The position numbers were made by a program, and so were the translations under genes. From contig MU058198.1 in the NCBI GenBank assembly GCA_013265495.1, forward strand, positions 3,298,419 through 3,362,418: a stretch of 64,000 nucleotides of DNA, in the 5' to 3' direction. The number at the start of each line of letters is the position of its first letter. Position 1 is the stretch's first letter. Shown piece after piece: positions 1 to 12,849 of the stretch. Source of the DNA: Vicugna vicugna (taxonomy: Eukaryota). The notes beneath the pieces were generated by a model. That model saw only the letters and a program-made list of their open reading frames with translations. It did not search any database and was not told the origin of the DNA.

Positions 1-1295
1 CTACCTGCCTCTCCAATGAAATATCTTACTCGTCCTGACAGAGAAGCTCTTTCAAGCTCCGCAAACATGTAATTCTTAGGGTCGTACTTCTGATATCATT
101 CCTCTTGCCTGAATATCCACTCTCTCCCCTTAAAATCCTATCCATTTCTCAAGGCCCATCGAATTTCCATCTCCACCCAAATACCTCCTCCTACTGCTCC
201 AGCTGCTACTATTTCTCCTTCCTCCTGATTACTCCTCGGTCAACCAGAGCTGAGCTTTCCCTGACTGCAGGCACATTTCCATCATGTGGAAGTCATGTGA
301 ATCCCCGCTCAACAATGAGATTCAAGAACAGGTACTCAATCACCCATCTTCCCCCCACCAACTCCATCTTAAGTGAAAAAAGAGACAACAAAGGAGAGCG
401 AAGGCATCAGATTATCAATTCCCACATGCCCTTCACCTTTTTCCTCCTCAAAGCTCTTTCCCTATGTTCCATCTCTCGAAATGCTGTTCACCCTTGAAGT
501 CCCAATTCAAAAGCCATTTCTTGATGAGGACTTCTTTGATCTCTTCATCTCCCACCCCCACAAAACAGAAGGCATCTCTTCCTTCTCAAAAGGCCCACAA
601 TCTACACGCCCCACTTACATGATGGGATTTCTAGCTCCATCCCTTACTGGTTACATGTCCTTGGGCTCTCTGAGCCTGTTTTCCCAACCATAAAATATGG
701 AAAACAGTACCTTCTTCATGCGCTAGTCATGAGATTTTTAAAAGATGGTGTCTAAATTACTTGGTATAGCAGCAAACATTAAGCAATCAATAAAGGAGAG
801 CTAATCTTGTCATAACAGCCTCTGCCTCTTACCTTAAAAATACACAGGCCTTACTACACCTGAACTTCAAGAGTTTATTCAAAACTCAAAGGCAGAGGCC
901 ACATATTCCCTATGGTACTTAGCACGATGCCTGACCTCCGGGTACAAAATAATTACTCATGAAATAAACTTAAAGCAATGATTCTCAGAGTCTGATTAAG
1001 AAGGTCTGACTCATCTAAAATAATCCTATACCATTTAAGCTTCATGAAGTTTCAGTTCACAACAAGGTCAAGCCTGACACCTCAAAGGCATCCGGCCTCA
1101 GTACATGGCTGGACCTGGGGGAAGGCAGGACCCCAGCTCACCAGGCAGAATCCAGCTCTCTCCCTCATCCTGCCACCACGCCACCAGCTTTTCCAAAGAA
1201 AGATAGAAGAAAACCTCTACAAGGCTAATAAATGTCCTAAAACCTTAACCAAGGCCAAGTAGCAAACAGATCTATAAAGTAAGACTTTTTATTTT

Positions 1296-1345
1296 ATTTT
1301 ATATATATATATAAAATATATATATATATAGATATATATATATAT
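1296..1345. repeat. (TA)n imperfect microsatellite in GGA2 intron 1
   Basis: Run 'tatatatatatataaaatatatatatatatagatatatatatatat' read directly. Confidence 0.9.
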
Positions 1346-2646
1346 CTCATGAGGATTCCCTCAAGGTTTATCACAGCCTCCAAATAATAGCAATAATCGT
1401 AACAGCTGTCCCACTTTTTTTTGTTTTTTAAGAACTTACTGTGGGCCAGACACCATGCTGAGTGAACACTCAAGCTTCCCTTTCCTGTAACCCTCAGAAC
1501 CACTGAGATTGGTACTATTAACTCACCACTTCACAGATGAAGAAATCTGCCCAGTCACAAAGCTAGAGAACGACAAACATTCAATCCCAGGTCTGCCTGA
1601 TTCCAGGGCCCAAGAGTTTCTCATGGCTGAGTCTTCGGTTCCTTGACAAAGGCGGGGCCTCTTTGGGTAACTAGTTTCTATGACCTTCTTACCACTAAGC
1701 AAGTTATCAGCTACCCAAGGCAAGAATGTCCGTCTCACTCACCCTCCCATGCTCCAGCGCCTACAGCAGCCCTCAGCACGGCACGGCTATCTACGAATGA
1801 ATGAATGATTCATCTTCTGCTCTGCAGTCTGGCCAGTTGGCTGATACACTGCTGACACCAGGAGACGGCCATTCCAGTTCTGAAGTAACTGGGTCTCCGA
1901 ACACCTAATCCCACCCTGCCAAGCTATTTCAGGGGCCTTGAGCAGCTCCAAAGAAAATGACCCCCAGAGGACCAACAGCTGGGTCTGACCAGGCCATGGC
2001 AGCCCTCCAGCCCTGTTTGACTCCAGTCTGCCTCGAGGAGTGGCTAGGGGCCAGACAGGCCTGGCCAGGTAGAAACTCATAGAAGCCCTTCTCTGCTTCC
2101 CGACTATCCCAGCCCCATTGGTGCACTGAGAAAGGCTCTCCTGGGTACCAAGGTGGTCTGTTTAGCTGGCATTTGGGCAGGACAAACATAGGACTACTGC
2201 CATATATTTGCTTAATAAAAGCAGTGTCTGTATGCATTTCAAGTCTGCTACAGAGTGGGAGGTATTAAGAAAACAGCTGAGACCTCCAGCTGTGAGTGCA
2301 ATGGTTCATCAAAGCGTGATTAATTCAAACACCAAATCATCTCACATCAGCTGCCAACCAACCACTAGGGAGGGTCATGCCCCAGGTGCTAGGAGCAGCC
2401 TGTGCTAGTAAGGTGAGCCCTGAAGCTGTGGGGAGGCACTCACCTTGAGGAATATTTAGAATTCAACCCTCCAGCAGTATTCACTGCCTGGGGGAATCCT
2501 TCAACAGGACCCCTACACTCAAGCAATCACTCATTTAAGCACACAGAACTGAAAGTCCCAGATCCACCTTAGGAATGTCTTTTGCTGGGCTCCAAGATAA
2601 AGAATGAGCTCAGCCCTTGAGAAGCTCAGAGAATTTAAATAGATTG

Positions 2647-2832
2647 TATGAAACAACAAGTTTATACTGCAGAGCCCAGGAAACTATATTCAATATCTCA
2701 TAGTAATCTATCATGAAAAATATGCAAATAAGCATATGTATATGTATGACTGAACTATTATGCTGTATGTCAGAAATTAACACAACGTTGTAAACCGACT
2801 ATACCACAATAAAAAATTTTTTAATAAATAAA
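2647..2832 (+). mobile_element. LINE-1 3' end fragment
   Basis: L1 3'-UTR-like text (ggaaactatattcaatatc...aacacaacgttgtaaaccgactatacc) ending in aataaa and an A-rich tail; similar to the copy at 7494-7712. Confidence 0.75.
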
Positions 2833-5619
2833 GAGATTGCACAGATTGCAACCCAGACCACTCCAATCCCCAAGGGAGGGATAAAAGTGAGGCTGGAAGG
2901 GAGACAGGACAGATCACCTGGGGGTGGGTCCAGGCGGAATGAAGAAAGGCACTACCGAGCACCCAACCCTAAGCGACTGCCTCCCTAGCAGCACTACCAG
3001 AGCTAGAAACCCAGAGACCAAGAGGCCCCAATAGCACAAGACTCCCAACAATCTGCAGTGTCCACAAGGAGCTGGTTAAACAACAGAAAGCACCTCCATG
3101 CATGCAATGGGGCATGGGGAGTCTTTTCGTTAACAAGATGAGGCAGCTCTAAATGCAGGCATGTGGAACAATGACCAAAATAAACCAAGGGAGGGCGGCT
3201 GCAGAACGCACAGAAGCTGCTACTTGTATTTTTAAAGCATGAGCTTCTGGTGAAACAGCTTCCCGATGTTCCTTTGGGGAACCACTCTTTTCCAATTTTT
3301 GGTCCAATGTTTTTTTCCTTTTTTCTTTGGTAAGCCAACATGACTTAGCTTTCTGTCACTCGTAACTAAAAAGACTAGCGATAATAATAGCTAACACTAC
3401 GTGCCAGGCACTGTCCTCACTGCTTCAGAAGTATTAACTCCTTTGATCCTCACAACCCCAAGAGAGACACGTTACTATATTCCCACCCCAGAGACACAGC
3501 TGCTTTGCTTGCTGAGGCAAGATCTGTCAGTGAGCCAAGCTCAAGGTTCCTCAGGTCCCCCAGAGTGACTTCCTTCGCCATTCAGCTTAGACGCACGGTA
3601 CGTTCCTCCTTCCACTACACTCCTGTTGTTGCCATCATCCCAACCTGGGCCCGGGGTCCTTCCACCGGGCTACCTCCACCCTGCCCCACCACCCACAAAG
3701 CTGGTTTAAACCACAGTTCACTCTCTCTGTTCCTATGGAGGAGATCAGGGGAAGTCACACAACCAGGAAGAAGACGAGATACATTTCTGAAGTCCACTGA
3801 GCACTCCGGGGTCTCAGGTGGAAAGGGGAGAGGTGAGCCTGCCCCTCTCCCCCAGGGCACATCTGATAACATCTAGAGGCATTTTTGGTTCTCACGACTG
3901 GGTTGGGGGGTGTGCTATTAGTGTAGGTCCTAGCCCCACCTGAACAACTGGAAGATTCCATTTTAGGACCACAGTGGCCCCAAACAGCTAGAGCTGAAGA
4001 ACCCTCCTCCTTGAGCAGCCACAGTCCCTTTTTTTCCTCCACCTGGGTCGGCTGCTAGCTGTCTTCTAACCCAGCCCATCTGACTTTTTTGCAACTCCAC
4101 TGCCTCCTAGTCAACTACCTTCTGTCTCCACCATTTAATGCAAAGATATCTCATTAGTGACCCTTTAGTTGCTAAATTCAACGTTCCCCTTTCTTCTTCC
4201 TCATCCTACTCTTTCAGCAGCAAAACCACCTACCAACTACACTCTCCTTAGAGATCTGTGGCTGCCCCTACCCCTTACCATCCTGCTGCCAGTAGGCTCT
4301 GCCTTCTGTCTACAGGCTGCTTTTCCCACTTGCTTCTTCAATAAGGCGGTTCTCCATGCTCTGGCTGCAAACCCGTGTTCTTGATGCGTACAGCCTCACT
4401 GGACAAGTTCACTGCCAATGAACTGGACACCCCAAAAGTGACCTCCAGTTCTTATCCTCTCTGGAGCCCACCAACCACCTAGAGAGTTTCTTTGTGCCAA
4501 AAGCACCTTAAACTCCACAACTCAACAGTCTCTTCCTAAACCAGCTCCTCACAAGTGAGGCATCAGTAACCAAGTAGTTACTTGAGCCTGAAACTTGGAA
4601 TCCATTCTAGATTCCTCCAGTCTCTTGCCTCTATTCTAATGCATCAAGGCTGTTAATTGTAGCAGCTAATTATTTCTACTCTCCATCCCAGTACCTCTGT
4701 CCTCCTTCAGCCCCTAAATACTAGCAGAAGAGCTATCTACTCTGCCTGAACTCTCCCATCCCTAACCATTTCGGCTCTCCACATGGCTGCATGTGATACT
4801 TTCTCCGGGTGTACTTGATCAGATTCCCAGGCTGAAAATTCCAGCACTCACTTCCCCCACCATGTCATAGGATAAACTCCAAACTCCTTTCTGCAGCATA
4901 CAAGGCCCTTGAAGATCTTGCCCCAATTAGGCGTGCACTCTCTTTTTAGGCTTTGCACTTCAGCACTACTGACCTCCTTCTTCCCAGAATGCTCCACACT
5001 CTCCTGTCTCCAGCTTCTGCACATGCAGTTTCTTGTATCTGAAATGTTGCCTCCATTGTCCACTCAAATACTGTGTTGGCTGAGGCAATCCCCAGGTAAA
5101 CAAAGCAACTCCTACCACCACACATTAAACGCGTCCCCCGGATCCAATGTGCGTCAATTGTAACAAGGTGCTGTTATTGCCAGCCTGAACCCACTAAAAA
5201 ATGTCTTTGTGAGCAAGGTCCCTGGGTTATGCGGCTCAGTTTCCCAGCGCTAGCAGAGCCCAATACAAGGAGCATATGCTTTATCCCCTTTGAATCTCAG
5301 TTCAAAAGGACAGTAACGACCCCGACCCCCAGGACTGTCGTGAAGTTTATTGGAGACAATACACTTAAGAAGTCCGGCCGGAGCCAACTAGTACAAAAGA
5401 TAAAAGAGCTTGTTTTGACATTAAAGACGGCAGCCAGAGAGAGCTTTCCCAGAGGATGCGTTATCTTGCACGACTCAGTCTCCCTGGGTCTAAAGGTCTC
5501 CATCTCTAAAACAGGGTTAGTAACAGAAGCTGTCTCTCGGGGTCGAAATGAGGATTAACAGTGGCTGAAAAGCTTTTTAGCACGGTGCATAAAAGCAAAG
5601 CTCAATAAACGTTACCCAT

Positions 5620-6270
5620 TATGTTGTTAACAGCGCTTATGCACCGCGACTGGGGGCGGGGGCAGTGGGGTCCGCAGCCTCGGCGGATTCCTGGGGCTCC
5701 TCTCCAGGCCTCCCCCCGGGCGAGCCTCCCACCCGCGCCGGGCCCAGCCCCGCTACCCGAGGGCCGGCCTCTCCGCGGCCACCTGCCCGCCGGCCGGCCT
5801 CAGAAGAAAGGCCCCCGGAGGCGGGAAGGGAGGCCTCACGTGCGGCACTGCGCTCGCGCCGAGGGGCGGCCCTGGCTACTCACTGAGCCACAGCTCCAGC
5901 GCCGCCGCCGGCCCCGAGGGCCCCTCGGCAGACTCGGCCCCAGCCGGGGCCCCGGTCCCCGCCGCCCCCGCCGTCGCCGTTGCCGCCATGGGCCCACCGT
6001 CGCCGCTGAGGCCACGGCCGCCCCTGCCCTTTCGCCGCCGGCGTCTGGCGCGTTCCGGGGCTGCCGACGCGGCAGCGCGGGTCGGCACGTGATGGGGCGG
6101 GGCCTGCGAGGTCACGCCCACCGGGCCCCGCCTCCGCGCAGGCTCCGGGCGGGGGGCGCTGCCCTGCTAAGTAAGGTCTCTCCACCTGGCGTGGGTCGGG
6201 CTGGCCTAGTGTCCTCCCAGACTCAACCGGGTCAAAGCTCATCAAGTCAACTTCGCAAGGCCTGCGCCCT
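5620..6270. promoter_or_regulatory. GGA2: CpG island / GGA2 promoter and first exon
   Basis: Very GC- and CpG-rich segment around the GGA2 ATG; GC box ggggcgggg near 6094 and CACGTG E-boxes at 5837-5842 and 6086-6091. Confidence 0.85.
5884..5989 (-). CDS. GGA2: GGA2 (Golgi-localised gamma-ear-containing ARF-binding protein 2) coding exon 1; downstream exons are outside the window
   Basis: ATG at 5989 gives MAATATAGAAGTGAPAGAESAEGPSGPAAALELWL, matching the GGA2 N-terminus (..GPAASLELWL, start of VHS domain); GTGAGT donor at 5883; synteny with EARS2. Confidence 0.92.
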
Positions 6271-6287
6271 CTTGTCCTGCAGAAGTA

Positions 6288-6346
6288 GAGTTGCAACATA
6301 AAATATAGGACGCCCTGTTAAATTTGCGTCTCAGATAACGAATAAT
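6288..6346. mobile_element. MER53-like DNA transposon end fragment
   Basis: gttgcaacataaaatataggacgccctgttaaatttg...tcagataacgaataat resembles the MER53 terminus as recalled. Confidence 0.55.
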
Positions 6347-7045
6347 TCTAACATCTTTATTCCAGAGGATCTTCCTGGAAGGGAGAGGGACAGGCCCCAC
6401 TTCCCTCCATAATACATTACACCGCGAGTGTACAGCATATTTACTTCCTGTGTCAAAGGATAATCTACCCCCCACACCAAAAAAAAGTCATGGCTCCCAT
6501 ACATTATAGAATGAACACGTGTTAAATATTTTCTCTTTAAGTAACGGAACCAAGCAGATGCTACAGTCTGTTCAAAAGTAAGAAAAAGGGCAAGTTTATA
6601 GAGAATAAAGGAATGTTAGAACAGATGCACAAAGGGGCACAAAACTAGCTATCCATCCAGCACACAGAATTAATTTCCATGTTTACAGACAAGAATTATT
6701 TGCATTGCTATCAGTTATATACAACTAACAGTTGTAAAGGCATTTGAGATAGTGAAACAAAGGGGAGGAACTGGAAAGATATGTTCGGGCACTTAATAGA
6801 CACAGAATAATTCTTGGTGGAAACTGAATCCTCTGGCACTCCTTACTCAGCTCTAAACACCAGATAGAAGCTAACTGTACCTCAATTCCTTCTTTGCCAC
6901 TGCATACCTTTGCATGTTCTGTTCCCTCAGCCTGGAACATCTTCCCTCTGTTGCCTGGCAAACTCAGGGTTGGGCTGCCAGATTTAGCCAACAAAAATGT
7001 AGTAATTCCAGTTGAATCAGATTTCAAACAAACAACAAAGAATTT

Positions 7046-7416
7046 TTTTAATTGAGAAATTATCATATATTTGTGTCAGGTGTACATTATTTGATATTTG
7101 TATATATTACAAAATGATCACCACAATGTATCTAGTTAATATTCAGCACCAAACATAGTTACAATTTTTTTTCTTGTGATGAGAACTTTTAAAATCTACT
7201 CTCAGAGGGTAGAGCACGAGGTTCTGAGTTCAATCCCCAGTAACTCCATCAAAAACAAATAAAAAAATAAAATCTACTCTCTTAGCATCTTTCAGATATA
7301 CAATGCTGTATTATTAACTAGAGTCATTATGCTGTGTATCACATCCCCAGAACTTATATATTTTATAATTGGAAGTTGGTACTGTTTGACCACCTTCACC
7401 CATTTTGTCCACCCCC
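7046..7416 (-). mobile_element. LINE-1 3' fragment (older) inside the MER53-like element
   Basis: Antisense L1 3'-UTR text: tttttttcttgtgatgagaacttttaaaatctactct...atacaatgctgtattattaacta...gaccaccttcacccattt. Confidence 0.75.
7204..7268 (+). mobile_element. Shortened tRNA-derived SINE
   Basis: ggtagagcacgaggttctgagttcaatccccagtaactcc plus A-rich tail; exact 13-bp TSD aaaatctactctc at 7191-7203 and 7269-7281. Confidence 0.8.
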
Positions 7417-7493
7417 AGAAAATTATAAATAATTTCTTAGCATAAGTATGTCCCAAATATTGCATGGGACATACTTAAAAAAAAATTATTCCC

Positions 7494-7712
7494 GAGGGGT
7501 GGGAAGGGACTGGGATTTCAAAATATAGAATAAACAAGACTGTACTGTGTAGCACAGGGAAATATATACAGGATCTTGTGGTGCCTCACAGCAAAAGAAA
7601 ATGTGACAATGAATGTATGTATGTTCATGTATAACTGAAAAATTGTGCTCTACACTGGAATTTGACACAACATTGTAAAATGACTATTACTCAATACAAA
7701 AGTTTATATAAT
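7494..7712 (+). mobile_element. LINE-1 3' fragment (younger, 5'-truncated)
   Basis: L1 3'-end text with A-rich tail; exact 14-bp TSD aaaaaattattccc at 7480-7493 and 7713-7726. Confidence 0.85.
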
Positions 7713-10700
7713 AAAAAATTATTCCCTGTTTATCTGAAATGAAAAGTGAAAAACCACCACCCAGTTTCTTCTCAAAGAAGCATTTCCTGACTGGCTCCCC
7801 CCACCCAAGGATATCCACATCCCTGCAATCACTTTGCTTGCCCCCCAACCTCTTAACTATTATTAACTGTTAATCACCCATGAGATTGTGACCTCTTTGA
7901 GGTGGAAGGCTTATCTTTTGTTCATTTCTGTTTTGTTTTTAAAAGCTTAACACACTGAATGACTGAATGAACAACAATCTGGGGACTGAGCCCCCACCAT
8001 CCATAAGGCTTTGTCTAATTCCTCTCCACACTCCCAGGCCTAAGAGGGCCTGGCACACAGTAGGTGTTTGTCAAGTGAATGAATGAGGACAGGATTGAAT
8101 GGACTCAGCCAAGTGGGGTTCCCTAGATAGAGAAGGCCTCCCTTTCCTTAGCTGGGCTCTCCTACTGCAATCAGGTTTGGCGGAGGGGTAGAACAGAGGG
8201 CACTCCAGCCTGGAGGGAAAGGCTGGGACCCCAACATTTTGCCCAGATCTGAAGGCTAAGTTGGAGATCCCCAGGGCATGATAATGAGCTTAACAAGGGC
8301 CAAGCCACACTTGTACTGCCTTCTTTGCTTAAAAAAAAACATATCCTGTAATTCACTAGTGAAAATAGTAACCACAAATGATGTGAAGTTTCTGAACACT
8401 GCAAAACAGTATCGTAACTAAACATAGTGACTGTGTGCTTCACTGCTCACCCTGGCCATTCGATTCAATTAGATGTGTGTTGGGCCTTTCACACAACAAT
8501 ATTAACTGAGCACCTACTGTGTGAAACAGGCGCCATTCTCAGCACTGGGGGTTCAGTGGTGAACAAGACAGGTGAGTCTCTGTCCTGGTGGACTTAACAA
8601 TCGGACACTAGCAAATAACTGCAGAATGAATTACACAGTTCTTTACACAATCAATTCTGACTGCATGCTGACGATTAATGACAGGAAAGAGAACTTCTGG
8701 GGGGAAGTCAGGGGCTCTCCTGAAGAGATGGTAATGAACCTGAGATCTGAAGGCTCAGGCAAAGGGCAGGAAGAGCAGGTGGGCAAGTGTTCCAGACAGA
8801 ACGGCAGCACCAAGGATGGCCTATGTTGCTGGAGACCAGAGAAGGGGGCGCGTGTGTAGCAGGTACAGATGGATGAAGTGAAGTTGGAAAGGTGGACGGG
8901 GCTCAGGCTATGGTGACAAAAACATGGCTTTCTTGTTTCTCTCCTTTTCCTACCAGGGCTCCCTGCTTGTGGGCTGACCCTGCTGAAATCTCTCTTCAGC
9001 AACGCTGCCGGACTGATCCTTCGAGAAAACACAAATCTGATCATGTCACTTCTCTACTCAAAACATTTCAGTGGCTCCTCACCTTCCACTTCATGAAGAC
9101 TCAACTCTTTGTCCAGGAAGCCAGCCATGTGGCTCAGGGAAAAGCTGGCCCCACCTCCAGCTCTGGGTCCCACTGATCTGTGGGGACTCCCCACCCACCT
9201 CCGCAGAAGGGATGGGTTCAGAATGGGGAAGTTGAGTTGGGGAGAGTGCTGGAGAAGTCTCCTTGCTTTTAGGGAGACAGCCATAGAAAGCCACGCTCTC
9301 TCTGACCAGACACGAAGGAGGAAGTGCAGAAAGACATTTTAGGCAGCCAATTGTGAGCTCAAAGAAGCAACCCAAGGCTGTTGCTGATGCCAGGCCAGTA
9401 GGGCAGAGATGGAAAGACCCTGGGTCCTCACTGATGTCACTGAGCGCTTAATTAACCAACCCCAGAGCCAGCCTTCCTCTGAACTTCCTGCTATGAGGGA
9501 TACCAAATCTTCTTGTTTAAGCTGGTTTGAATCTGGATTTTTTGTTATTTGCATCAAATAGCACCCTGATACCCTTAACCTGGCAAAGAAGGGCTGTTTG
9601 GATTTCCTCTCTGCCTGGTTTCTCAGCCACTTCTACCAAGCCCTGAGTTCCTACCCTTGACTCCAATCATGCCCAACTCAATGAACATTTTTTTCATCTC
9701 TCTGTTTAAAATACCCTTCCAACCTCCATCACACTGGAAACTCCTACTCATCCCTCAGAACCCAGTTCAAAAGTTACTTCATCTGTAAAGCCCTTTGACA
9801 TCCATCAACAGATTAAAAGTTTTCCTCTCTGCACCCTGTAATTACCCAGAAGGTCCTCATTTTCTAAGTATTTATTATTATGGTCTCTGGGGAAGGTAGG
9901 GAATTTTATCATGAGATAAAAATATTAACTGATCAATTAGACAACTTCTAATTTTAGTTTCTACTAAACATCCCTCTATATTGAACCATGCCATCTATCC
10001 CACCCTTCACTTTGAAGTCTCTGTCAAAGGTCAGGCTCTCACAGATAACTGGAGTCAATGCAATTTATAGGCAATGGACCAGATCTCACAAGAGACATGA
10101 TTCCTCAAAGTCAATGAAAGTGAAACTAGGAAACTGCTGAAATCAGGTAGAGTTAAACCAGCTGATGATGACTACTTCTGAAGAAACTGATCTGACTCAT
10201 GAAGCTCTCAAACATGTGTTCAATCATGAGATCTTTATATGACTCCCTACTACATGTCAGGCAGTGTGCCAGGAGCTATGGTTACAACCAAGAGTAAGTC
10301 TCTGCCTGCCTTAATCTTACCTTCTTTAGAATCAGACAGACAATAAACATGTACAAACACACTACATAATTTCATATAGTAATAAGCATTATGAAGAAAA
10401 AAATAAACTAGGATACAGGCAATATGAATGAGGTTCCAAATTTGGCTACAGAATAATAGTGATCTCCTGGCAAGGATACTCTCTAAACTCTATGGAAAGA
10501 GAATACACTCAGGGGAAGGAACCCCTCTCCCCATCACTAGAGGGTCTCCTGCAGCCATGATCATATTACATGACTCTGTCCCACTGGCCAGAGTTTACTG
10601 GACCAGGGGTAGACAGCTGACCCAAGATAGGCCAATCGGATTCTCTCTTGGGAATTTGGATGTGGAATACAAGTTATATGATTGGCAGTGTAGGAGAGGG

Positions 10701-11031
10701 GAGATGATTCAGTCCTAGGGCTGGGGCAGTCGTTGGACAAGTGCAGAGACAAGAGAAAGCCAGCCTGCAGAAGCAAGATGAGAGGGCAGACACCCAGATA
10801 GAGATGAAGGTTAGAAACTGTGCAGTCTCAGAGACAAAGGTGAGTGTGTTGGGTCCTAATGGGTTTCCAGCCTCTTGTAAGGCCCAGTTGAAAGTTTTGA
10901 CTTCGGATCTGTGACTCCTAATTCTTCCAATAAATTACTTTTCATGGTTTAAGTTTGAGTGTGTTTCTGTGCCTCACAACCAAGATCATCAATTCTAAGA
11001 AGGAAAATACTGGTGACAAGGATGGTGACAG

Positions 11032-11152
11032 TTTTTGTGTGTATGTGTGTCAGGGGATTAGGTTTATTTATTTATTTTTGGAGCTACTGGGGACTGAACC
11101 CTGGACCTTGTGCATGCTAAGCACATGCTCTGACACTGAGCTATACCCTCCC
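11032..11152 (-). mobile_element. tRNA-Ala-derived SINE (Vic-1-like)
   Basis: Reverse complement reads gggagggtatagctcagtgtcagagcatgtgcttagcatgcacaaggtccagggttcagtccccagtagctcc followed by aaaaataaataaataaacctaat. Confidence 0.85.
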
Positions 11153-12204
11153 TACCAGGGAGTTTTTAAAATTTTACATATGTCATCTGTTTTGATTCTT
11201 ATAATTCACTGAGACAAGTACTATTGTGTCCATCTCACTGATGAGGAAACTGAGGTATAGAAGTCACACAGTAAGTAGCTGACCTGATTTCTGTGTCTAG
11301 ACAGTTGGCCTTCATTGCCTTTGCCACTACACTATACTCCAAAAAAATAGTGGGGGATTGACTTGAGGTTATTTAAAATCTGTGAAGACCTTTCATACAT
11401 TCCTTCTGCTCTTGAGCAAAATGGCTGGTCCACAGGATACACGCTGCTTTGCAGACAACTCACTCCAACTGAGGAAGTGGCAGCAGCTTTATCAACTCAG
11501 CATTTTGACCCCTCACGTTGTGAAACAGTCACGTTCCCTAACCAGGAGCCAGCTTCTCTGGTATCATTCATCCATTAAGAGTTGATGTTGGACTCTGGAT
11601 TGTCACAAGGCTGAACTTAATCCTCGCTTTGCCTCATACGAAAACCTCAGAAGAGTTAATTAACTTCTCTAAGCCTCAGTTTTTCTATCTATAACATGGA
11701 AATAATAATAATAATACCTCTCTGATGGGGTTGTGAGTTTTAAAAGAGATGATGGACTAACATGTTTACCAGCATTAATTCGAAACCCAGAAGTGGTCAA
11801 GGCTCATGTAAATGCAGACTAACTCACAAGTATTACTGTTCTGTGCCCGCTTCTGTGGTCAAACCTATTGTTTCTGCCATTTCCCCCTTCTTCTGGAAAA
11901 AGCACCCTACATCTTGGGAACTTCTCTGTTGGATCATCTCTGGGAGACCACCTATTCCTTGCTGAGAAATGGTAACGTGATCTCAGTTAGCCCAAGCAGA
12001 CACTCTTCTTAGAATCTGAATCTTTAGCTGAGTCATCCAAAACGGAAGGGAAAAATACAAACAGAGAAGTCAACACCAAAAAATAGAGTTCACTTGTCCT
12101 CAGTGAAGAACGCACACAAGACTGGCTATGAGCTCCTGCTGCCCGTGTGACCAGAGTTCTCCTGGCTCCTGTCTTTTCTAGACCTGGGTCTTTCGCTTTC
12201 CCAT

Positions 12205-12645
12205 TGTTTTTTATTTATATATTGAAGTACAGACAATTTACAATGTTGTGTTAATTTCTGGTGTACAGCATAGTGATTGAGTTGTACATACATATATTCC
12301 TTTTCCTATTTCTTTTCATTATAGGTTGTTACACGGTATTGAATATTGTTCCCTGTGCTACACAGTAGGTCCTAACTGTTTATCTGTTTTGTATATGGTA
12401 GTTTGTATCTGCAAATTCTGAACTCCCAATTTATCCCTGTCTACCCTTTTCCCTCTGGTAACCATAAGTTTGTTTTCTGTCAGTCTGTTTCTATTTTGCA
12501 AGTAAGTTCATTTGTGTCATTTCCTTTTAGATTCTCATTTTTATGAGTGATATCATATGGTATTTTTCTCTTTCTGGCTTATTTCACTTAGTATGTCAAT
12601 CTCCAGGTCCATCCAAGTTGCTGCACATGGCATTATTTTATTCCT
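12205..12645 (-). mobile_element. LINE-1 3' fragment
   Basis: Antisense L1 3'-UTR (attgaagtacagacaatttacaatgttgtg...ctggtaaccataagtttgtttt...gatatcatatggtattt); tttcccat on both flanks as a degenerate TSD. Confidence 0.8.
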
Positions 12646-12849
12646 TTTCCCATAGATTTTTTAATATTCTCACTCAGTTAAACTCCCATTAACTTAAACT
12701 CTCCACTAAACTTAAGTTAGGCAGAGGTGGTTTCTATTGCTCGCGATTAAAGGACTTTATCTCATGTACTTTTCAAGCAAAGATTAGGTCTCCATGAAGC
12801 TCAACAAATTCTTTAATCCCCCTTCCCTCCTCTCCTGGACAAGGAGATG

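Larger units (their letters stand above)
6966..7740. mobile_element. MER53-like palindromic MITE interrupted by two L1 fragments and a SINE
   Basis: Left arm ~6966-7050 (gccagatttagc...), central hairpin taagtatgtccca...tgggacatactta at ~7443-7477, right arm resuming at 7727 (tgtttatctgaaat). Confidence 0.75.

Noticed and set aside
1..5883. GGA2 exon 2 or cryptic exons in intron 1 (minus-strand GTGAGT donors near 1526 and 2443)
   Set aside because: No segment translates to the expected VHS continuation (..KATDP..), and the candidate acceptors lack good polypyrimidine tracts.
5621..6301. 226-aa plus-strand ORF, and the upstream GTG extension of the GGA2 frame
   Set aside because: Pro/Arg/Gly-rich frames are expected from stop-codon scarcity in a CpG island; no recognisable domain.
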